64,000 nucleotides of DNA from Eledone cirrhosa. Taxonomy: Eukaryota. Below, piece by piece: positions 55,385 through 64,000 of the stretch. The notes below the pieces were generated by a model that worked only from the letters and a program-made list of their open reading frames with translations, did no database searches and was not told the DNA's origin. Each line of letters starts with the position of its first letter. Position 1 is the first letter of the stretch. The stretch covers positions 15,066,001-15,130,000 of the forward strand of contig OZ024741.1 of NCBI GenBank assembly GCA_964016885.1. Direction: 5' to 3'. The position numbers and the translations under genes were made by a program.

Positions 55385-58300
55385 TTGTTGGCGTTGTTGT
55401 TGCAGTGGTGGTTGTGGTGGTTGTGGTGGTTGTGGTGGTTGTGGTGGTTGTGGTGGTTGTGGTGGTTGTGGTTGTTGTGGTGGTTGTGGTGGTTGTGGTG
55501 GTTGTGGTTGTGGTGGTGGTTGTGGTGGTTGTGGTGGTTGTGGTGGTTGTGGTGGTTGTGGTTGTTGTGGTGGTTGTGGTTGTGGTGGTTGTGGTTGTGG
55601 TGGTGGTTGTGGTTGTGGTGGTTGTGGTTGTGGTGGTGGTTGTGGTGGTTGTGGTGGTTGTGCTGGTTGTGGTTGTGGTTGTGGTTGTGGTGGTGGTTGT
55701 GGTGGTTGTGGTGGTTGTGGTTTTGGTGGTGGTTGTGGTGGTTGTTGTTGTTGTGGTGGTTGTGGATGTTGTGGTTTTGGTGGTTGTTGTGGTGGTTGTG
55801 GTGGTTGTGGTGGTTGTGGTTGTGGTGGTGGTTGTGGTTGTTATGGTGGTTGTGGTGGTTGTGGTGGTTGTGGTTGTTGTGGTGGTTGTGGTGGTTGTGG
55901 TGGTTGTGGTTGTGGTGGTGGTTGCGGTGGTTGTGGTGGTTGTGGTGGTTGTGGTGGTTGTGGTTGTTGTGGTGGTTGTGGTGGTTGTGGTTGTGGTGGT
56001 TGTGGTTGTGGTGGTGGTTGTGGTGGTTGTGGTTGTGGTGGTTGTGGTTGTGGTGGTGGTTGTGGTGGTTGTAGTGGTTGTGGTGATTGTGGTGGTTGTG
56101 CTGGTTGTGGTGGTGGTTGTGGTGGTTGTGGTGGTTGTGGTTTTGGTGGTGGTTGTGGTGGTTGTTGTTGTTGTGGTGGTTGTGGATGTTGTGGTTTTGG
56201 TGGTTGTTGTGGTGGTTGTGGTGGTAGTTGTGGTGGTTGTGGTTGTTGTGGTTTTGGTGGTGGTTGTGGTGGTTGTGGTGATGGTTGTGGTGGTTGTGGT
56301 TGTGGTGGTTGTTGTGGTGGTTGTGGTGGTTGTTGTGGTGGTTGTGGTGGTTGTGGTTGTTGTGGTTTTGGTGGTTGTGGTTGTTGTGGTTTTGGAGGTG
56401 GTTGTGGTGGTTGTTGTGGTTTTGGTGGTGGTTGTGGTGGTTGTGGTGGTGGTTGTGGTAGTGGTGCTGGTCGTGGTTGCGGTGGTGGTTGCGGTGGTTG
56501 TGGTGGTGGTTGTGGTGGATGTGGTGGTAGTTGTAGTGGTTGTGGTTGTTGTAGTTTTGGTGATGGTTGGGGTGGTTGTTGTGGTGGTTGTGGTGGTTGT
56601 GGTTGTTGTGGTTTTAGTGGTGGTTGTGGTTGTTGTGGTGGAGGTTGTGGTGGTTGTGGTTATTGTGGTTTTGGTGGTCGTTGTGGTGGTTGTGGTGGTG
56701 GTTGTGATTGTTGTGGTCGTTGTGTTTGTGGTTGTTGTGGTTTTGGAGGTGGTTGCGGTGGTTGTCGTTGTTGAGGTTTTGTTAGTGGTTGTTGTGGTTG
56801 TTGTGGTGGTTGTTGTGGTTGTGGTTGTGGTTGTTGTGGTTGTGGTGGTGGTTGTGGCTGTTGTGGTGGTTGTGGTGGTTGTGGTTGTTGTGCTTTCGGT
56901 GGTTGTTGTGGTTGTTGTGGCTTTGGTGGTGGTTGTGGTTATTGTTGTGGTGGTTGTTGTGGTGGTTGTGGTGGTTGTGGTTGTTTTTGTGGTTGTGGTG
57001 GTTGTGGTGGTTGTGGTTGTTGTGGTTGTTGTGGTTTTGGTGGTGGTTGTGGTGGTTGTGGTGGTGGTTGTGGTGGTTGTGGTTGTTGTGGTTGTTGTGG
57101 TTGTTGTGGTTTTGGTGGTGGTTGTAGTGGTTGTGGTGGTGGTTGTGGTGGTTGTGGTTGTTGTGGTTGTTGTGGTTTTGGTGGTGGTTGTGGTGGTTGT
57201 GGTGGTTGTTGTTTTGGTGGTGGTTGTTTGTGGTTGTGGTGGTGGTTGTGGTGGTTGTGGTTGTTGTGGTGGTTGGGGTCGTGGTTGTGGTGGTTGTGGT
57301 TGTTGTGGTTGTTGTGGTTTTGGTGGTGGTTGTGGTGGTGGTGGTGGTTGTGGTGGTTGTGGTGGTTGTGGTTGTTGTGGTGGTTGTGGTTGTTGTGGTG
57401 GTTGTTGTGGTTGTTGTGGTGGTTGTGGTGGTTGTGGCGGATGTGCTTGTTGTGGTGGTTGTAGTGGTTGTGGTGGTGGTTGTGGTTGTTGTGGTGTTTG
57501 TGGTGGTTGTGGTTGTTGTGGTGGTTGTGGTGGTGGTTGTGGTTGTTGTTGTGGTTTTGGAGGTTGTGGTTGTTGTGGTGGTGGTTGTGGTAGTTGTGGT
57601 GGTTGTGGTGATTGTGGTTGTTATGGTTGTTGTAGTGGTTGTGGTGGTGGTTGTGATTGTTGTGGTGGTTGTGGTGGTTGTGGTTGTTCTTGTGGTTGTG
57701 GGGTTGTGGTTGTTGTGGTTGTTGTGGTTGTTGTGGTTTTGGTGGTGGTTGTGGTGGTTGTGGTGGTTGTGGTGGTGGTTGTGGTGGTTGTGGTTGTTGT
57801 GATTTTGGTGGTGGTTGTGGTGGTTTTGGTGGTGGTGGTGGTGGTTGTGGTGGTTGTGGTTGTTGTGGTTTTGGTAGTGGTTGTGGTAGTTGCGGTGGTG
57901 GTTGTGGTGGTTGTGGTTGTTGTGGTTTTGGTGGTGGTTGTGTTGGTTGTGGTTGTTGTGGTGGTTGTGGTGGTTGTGGTTGTTGTGGTTGTTGTGGTTG
58001 TGGTGGTGGTTGTGGTGGTGCTGGTTTTTGTGGTTTTGGCGGTGGTTGTGGTTGTTGTGGTTGTTGTGGTTGTTGTGGTTTTGGTGGTGGTTGTGGTGGT
58101 TGTGGTGGTTGTCGTTTTGGTGGTGGTTGTGGTGGTTGTGGTGGTGGTTGTGGTGGTTGTGGTTGTGGATTTGGTGGTGGTTGTGGTGGTTTTGGTGGTT
58201 GTGGTGGTGGTTGTGGTGGTTGTGGTTGTTGTGGTTTTGGTAGTGGTTGTGGTAGTTGTGGTGGTGGTTGTGGTGGTTGTGGTTGTTGTGGTTTTGGTGG

Positions 58301-61300
58301 TGGTGGTTGTGTTGGTTGTGGTTGTTGTGGTGGTTGTGGATGTTGTGGTTTTGGTGGTGGTTGTGGTGGTTGTGCTGGTAGTTGTGGTGGTTGTGGTTGT
58401 TGTGGTTTTGGTGGTGGTTGTGGTTGTTTTGGTTCTGCTGGTGGTTGTGGTGGTTGTTGTGGTGGCTGTGGTGGTTGTGGTTGTTGTGGATTTGGTGGTT
58501 GTCGTTGTTGTGGTTTTGGAGGTGGTTGTGGTGGTTGTTGTGGTTTTGGTGGTGGTTGTGGTGGTTGTTGTGGTTTTGGTGGTGGTTGTGTTTGTTGTGG
58601 TGGTGGTTGTGGTGGTGGAGCTGGTTGTGGTTGTGGTGGTGGTTGCGGTTGTTGTGGTGGTGGTTGTAGTGGTTGTGGCGGTAGTTGTGGTGATCGTGGC
58701 TGTAGTTTTGGTGGTGGTTGTGGTGGTTGTGGTGGTGGTTGTGGTGGTTGTGGTTGTTGTGGTTTTGGTGGTGGCTGTCGTTGTTGTGGTGGAGGTTGTG
58801 GTGGTTGTGGTTATTGTGGTTTTGGTGGTGGTTGTGGTGGTGGAGCTGGTTGTGGTTGTGGTGGTGGTTGCGGTGGTTGTGGTGGTGGTTGTAGTGGTTG
58901 TGGTGGTAGTTGTGGTGGTTGTGGTTGCTGTAGTTTTGGTGGTGGTTGTGGTGGTGGTTGTGGTGGTGGTGGTTATTGTGGTTTTGGAGGTGGTTGTGGT
59001 GGTTGTTGTGGTTTTGGTGGTGGTTGTGGTTGTTGTGGTGGTGGTTGTGGTGGTGGAGCTGGTTGTGGTTGTGGTGGTGGTTGCGGTTGTTGTGGTAGTG
59101 GTTGTAGTGGTTGTGGCGGTAGTTGTGGTGGTTGTGGTTGCTGTAGTTTTGGTGGTGGTTGTGGTGGTGGTTGTGGTGGTGGTGGTTATTGTGGTTTTGG
59201 AGGTGGTTGTGGTGGTTGTTGTGGTGGTTGTGGTGGTGGTTGTGGTTGTTGTGGTTTTGGTGGTGGCTGTCGTTGTTGTGGTGGAGGTTGTGGTGGTTGT
59301 GGTTATTGTGGTTTTGGTGGTGGTTGTGGTGGTGGAGCTGGTTGTGGTTGTGGTGGTGGTTGCGGTGGTTGTGGTGGTGGTTGTAGTGGTTGTGGTGGTA
59401 GTTGTGGTGGTTGTGGTTGCTGTAGTTTTGGTGGTGGTTGTGGTGGTGGTTGTGGTGGTGGTGGTTATTGTGGTTTTGGAGGTGGTTGTGGTGGTTGTTG
59501 TGGTTTTGGTGGTGGTTGTGGTTGTTGTGGTGGTGGTTGTGGTGGTGGAGCTGGTTGTGGTTGTGGTGGTGGTTGCGGTTGTTGTGGTGGTGGTTGTAGT
59601 GGTTGTGGCGGTAGTTGTGGTGATCGTGGCTGTAGTTTTGGTGGTGGTTGTGGTGGTTGTGGTGGTGGTTGTGGTGGTTGTGGTTGTTGTGGTTTTGGTG
59701 GTGGCTGTCGTTGTTGTGGTGGAGGTTGTGGTGGTTGTGGTTATTGTGGTTTTGGTGGTGGTTGTGGTGGTTGTGGTGGTGGTTGTGATTGTTGTGGTCG
59801 TTGTGGTTGTGGTTTTGGAGGTGGTTGCGGTGGTTGTCGTTGTTGAGGTTTTGTTAGTGGTTCTTCTGGCTGTTGTGGTGGTTCTGGTGGGTGTGTTTGT
59901 AGTGGTTGTGGTTGTTGTGGTTGGTGTGGTCGTGGTGGTGGTTGTGGTGGTTGTGGTGGTGGTTGTGGTGGTTGTGGTTGTTGTGGTTTTGGTGGTGGCT
60001 GTCGTTGTTGTGGTGGAGGTTGTGGTGGTTGTGGTTATTGTGGTTTTGGTGGTGGTTGTGGTGGTTGTGGTGGTGGTTGTGATTGTTGTGGTCGTTGTGG
60101 TTGTGGTTTTGGAGGTGGTTGCGGTGGTTGTCGTTGTTGAGGTTTTGTTAGTGGTTCTTCTGGCTGTTGTGGTGGTTCTGGTGGGTGTGTTTGTAGTGGT
60201 TGTGGTTGTTGTGGTTGGTGTGGTCGTGGTGGTGGTTGTGGCTGTTGTGGTGGTTGTGGTGGTTGTGGTTGTTGTACTTTCGGTGGTTGTTGTGGTTGTT
60301 GTGGCTTTGGTTGTGGTTGTGGTTATTGTTGTGGTGGTTGTTGTGGTGGTTGTGGTGGTTGTTGTGGTGGTTGTGGTGGTTGTGGTTGTTGTGGTGGTTG
60401 TGGTGGTTGTGGTTGTTGTGGTTGGTGTGGTTTTGGTGGTGGTTGTGGTGGTTGTGGTGGTAGTTGTATGGTTGTGATTGTTGTGGTTGTTGTGGTTGTT
60501 GTGATTTTGGTGGTGGTTGTGGTGGATTTGGTGGATTTGGTGGTTTTGGTGGTTGTGGTGGTTGTGGTGGTGGGTGTGGTGGTTGTGGTTGTTGTGGTTG
60601 TTGTGGTGGTTGTGGTGGTTGTGGTGGTGGTTGTGGTGGTTGTGGTTGTTGTGGTTGTTGTGGTCGTGGTGGTGGTTGTGGTGGTGCTGGTTGTTTTGGT
60701 TTTGGCGGTGGTTGTGGTTGTTGTGGTGGTTTTGGTGGTTGTGGTGGTGGTTGTGGTGGTTGTGGTCGTTGTGGTTTTGGTAGTGGTTGTGGTAGTTGTG
60801 GTGGTGGTTGTGGTGGTTGTGGTTGTTGTGGTTTTGGTGGTGGTTGTGTTGGTTGTGGTTGTTGTGGTGGTTGTGGATGTTGTGGTTTTGGTGGTGGTTG
60901 TGGTGGTTGTGATGGTAGTTGTGGTGGTTGTGGGTGTTGTGGTTTTGGTGGTGGTTGTGGTGGTTGTGGTGATGGTTGTGGTGGTTGTGGTTGTTTTGGT
61001 TCTTGTGGTGGTTGTGGTGGTTGTTGTGGTGGTTGTGGTGGTTGTGGTTGTTGTGGATTTGGTGGTTGTGGTTGTTGTGGTGGTGGTTGTGGTGGTGGAG
61101 CTGGTTGTGGTTGTGGTGGTGGTTGCGGTGGTTGTGGTGGTGGTTGTAGTGGTTGTGGTGGTAGTTGTGGTGGTTGTGTTTGTAGTTTTGGTGGAGGTTG
61201 TGGTGGTTGTGGTGGTGGTTGTGGTGGTTGTGGTGGTTGTGGTTGTTGTGGTTTTGGTGGTCGTTGTGGTTCGTTGTGGTGGTGGTTGTGATTGTTGTGG

Positions 61301-63985
61301 TCGTTGTGGTTGTGGTTTTGGAGGTGGTTGCGGTGGTTGTCGTTGTTGAGGTTTTGTTAGTGGTTGTTGTGGCTGTTGTGGTGGTTGTGGTGGTTGTGTT
61401 TGTAGTGGTTGTGGTTGTTGTGGTTGGTGTGGTCGTGGTGGTGGTTGTGGCTGTTGTGGTGGTTGTGGTGGTTGTGCTTGTTGTACTTTCGGTGGTTGTT
61501 GTGGATGTTGTGGCTTTGGTGGTGGTTGTGGTTATTGTTGTGGTGGTTGTTGTGGTGGTTGTGGTGGTTGTTGTGGTGGTTGTGGTGGTTGTGGTTGTTG
61601 TGGTGGTTGTGGTGGTTGTGGTTGTTGTGGTTGGTGTGGTTTTGGTGGTGGTTGTGGTGGTTGTGGTGGTGGTTGTATGGTTGTGATTGTTGTGGTTGTT
61701 GTGGTTGTTGTGGTTTTGGTGGTGGTTGTGGTGGTGGTGGTGGTTGTGGTGGTTGTGGTGGTTGTGGTTGTTGTGGTGGTTGTGGTGGTTGTGGTGGTTG
61801 TTGTGGTTGTTGTGGTGGTTGTGGAGGTTGTGGTAGTTGTGGTGGTGCTTGTGGTTGTTGTGGTGATTGTGGTGGTTGTGGTTGTTGTGGTGGTTGTGGT
61901 GATTGTGGTGGTGGTTGTGATTGTTGTGGTGGTTGTGGTGGTTGTGGTTGTTCTTGTGGTTGTGGTGGTTGTGGTTGTTGTGGTTTTGGTGGTGGTTGTG
62001 GTGGTTGTTGTTGTTGTGGTGGTGGTTGTGGTTGTTGTGGTTTTGGTAGTGGTTGTGGTAGTTGTGGTGGTGGTGGTGGGGGTTGTGGCTGTTGTGGTTT
62101 TGGTGGTGGTTGTGGTGGTTGTGGTTGTTGTGGTGGTTGTGGTTGTTGTGGTTTTGGTGGTGGTTGTGGTGGTTGTGGTGGTAGTTGCTGTGGTTGTTGT
62201 GGTTTTGGTGCTGGTTGTGGTCGTTGTGGTGATGGTTGTGGTGGTTGTGGTTTTGGTGGTGGTTGTGGTGGTTGTGGTGGTTGTGGTTGAGGTGGTTGTT
62301 GTTGTTTTGGTGGTGGTTGTGGTGGTTGTGGTGGTGGTGCTGGTTGTGGTTGCGGTGGTGGTTACGGTGGTTGTGGTGGTGGTTGTGTTGGTTGTGGTGG
62401 TAGTTGTGGTTGTGGTTATTGTGGTTTTCGTGGTGGTTGTGGTGGTTGTGGTGGAGGTTGTGGTGGTTGTGATTATTGTGGTTTTGGTGGTGGTTGTGGT
62501 GGTTGTGGTGGTGGTTGTGATTGTTGTGGTCGTTGTGGTTGTGGTTGTTGTGGTTGTTGTGGTTGTTGTGGTTGTGGTGGTGGTTGTGGTTGTTGTGGTG
62601 GTTGTGGTGATTGTGGTTGTTGTGCTTTCGGTGGTTGTTGTGGTGGTTGTGGTTGTTGTGGTTTGGTGGTGGTTGTGGTGGTTGTGGTGGTGGTTGTTGT
62701 GGTTGTGGTTGTTGTGGTTTTGGTGGTGGTTGTGGTGGTTGTTGTGGTTGTTGTTGTGGTTGTGGTTGTTGTGGTTTTGGTGGTTGTGGTTACTGTGGTT
62801 TTGGAGGTGGTTGTGGTGGTTGTAGTTGTTGTGGCTTTGGTGGTGCTTGTGGTTGTTGTTGTGGTGGTTGTTGTGTGGTTGCGGTGGTTGTGGTTGTTGT
62901 GGTTGTGGTTGTTATGGTTGCTGTGGTTGTGGTGGTGGTTGTGGTGGTTGTTGTGGTGGTTTTGTTGTTGTGGTTGTTGTAGTTTTGGTGGTTGTGTTTG
63001 CTGTGGTTTTGGAGGTGGTTGTGGTGGTGGTGGTTGTTATGGCTTTGTTGGTGGTTGTGGTTGTTGTTGTGGTTGTTGTTGTGGTTGTTGTGGTGGTTGT
63101 GGTGGTGGTTGTGGTGGTTGTGGTTGTTGTGGTGGTTGTGGTGGTTGTGGTTGTTGTGGTTGTTGTGGTTTTGGTGGTGGTTGTGGTCGTTGTGGTGGTG
63201 GTTGTGGTTGCGGTGTTCGTGGTTGTTGTGGTTTTGGTGGTGGTTGTGGTCGTTGTGGTTGTTGTAGTTTTGGTGGTGGTTGTGGTGGTTGTGGTGGTGG
63301 TTGTGGTGGTTGTGGTTGTTGTTGTTTTGGTGGTGGTTGTTTGTGGTTGTGGTGGTGGTTGTGGTGGTTGTGTTTGTTGTAGTTGTTGTGGTGGTTGTGG
63401 TGGTTGTGGTAGTGGTTGTGGTTGTTGTGGTTGTTGTGGTTTTGGTGGTGGTTGTGGTGGTTGTGGTGGTGGTACTATTGGTTGTGGTTTTGGTGGTGGT
63501 TGTCGTGGTGGTTGTCCTGGTTGTGGTTGCTGTGGTTTTGGTGGTGGTTGTGGTTTTTGTGGATTTGGTGGTGGTTGTGGTGGTTGTGTTGGTGGTTGTG
63601 GTGGTTGTGGTGGTGGTTGTGGTTGTTGTGGTTGTTGTGGTTTTGGTGGTGGTTGTGGTGGTTGTTGTTGTTGTGGTTTTGGTGTGTTTGTGGTGGTTGT
63701 GCTGGTTGTGGTTGTTGTGGTGGTTGTGGTTGTTGTGGTTTTGGTGGTGGTTGCGGTGGTTGTGGTGGTGGTTGTGGTGGTTGTGGTTGTTGTGGTTTTG
63801 CTGGTGGTTGTGGTGGTTGCGGTGGTGGTTGTGGTGGTTGTGTTGGTTGTGGTTTTGGTGGTGGTTGTGGTGGTTGTGTTGGTTATTGTGGTTCTACTGG
63901 TGGTTGTTGCAGTTATTGTGGTTTTGGTGGTGCTTGTGGTGGTTGTGGTTGTTGTGGTGGTTGTGGTTTTGGTGGTGGTTGCTAA
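55385..63985. repeat. ~8.6-kb GGT/GTT/TGT-derived complex satellite
   Basis: Triplet-based low-complexity array with local block duplications (TGAGGTTTTGTTAGTGGTTCTTCTGGCTG at ~59844 and ~60138, 294 bp apart). Confidence 0.96.
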
Positions 63986-64000
63986 CGTGGTAATATTTGC

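Noticed and set aside
55211-63993. Poly-Val, Gly/Cys keratin-associated-like and Trp/Leu ORFs
   Set aside because: These are translations of a GGT/GTT satellite. The frames swap at indels, and there is no credible unique N- or C-terminus.

Overview
Repeat-dominated, AT-rich eukaryotic DNA. The SINE sequence, extreme microsatellite density and LINE types suggest a cephalopod (Octopus-like) genome; this is an inference. About 40 kb is trinucleotide-derived satellite: a CAT-based array at 1-5105, a ~41-bp CAA/CAC satellite at ~6502-32215 with 8-kb and 2.8-kb higher-order duplications, and a GGT/GTT array at ~55385-63985. The giant ORFs over these arrays are artefacts. The middle 23 kb holds mobile-element debris: a Chapaev-like DDE transposase remnant with GTG termini, CR1-like and RTE-like LINE fragments, five tRNA-derived SINE copies, minisatellites and several fold-back inversions, including a ~1.5-kb-arm inverted repeat. 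No intact host gene is supported. The main hidden signal is ten minimal hammerhead-ribozyme-like motifs in about four sequence types, read by eye on both strands. They show helix II covariation and two U3-A8 compensatory cores. Most sit in short non-coding elements that end at (TA)n tracts and occur as tandem or inverted pairs, consistent with Penelope-like/retrozyme elements. Also notable are a ~95-bp palindrome-bearing array that appears to be the seed of the 25-kb satellite, a pre-miRNA-like hairpin, and a candidate exon whose splice sites lie inside a 39-bp inverted repeat. All structure calls were made manually and need computational and biochemical confirmation.
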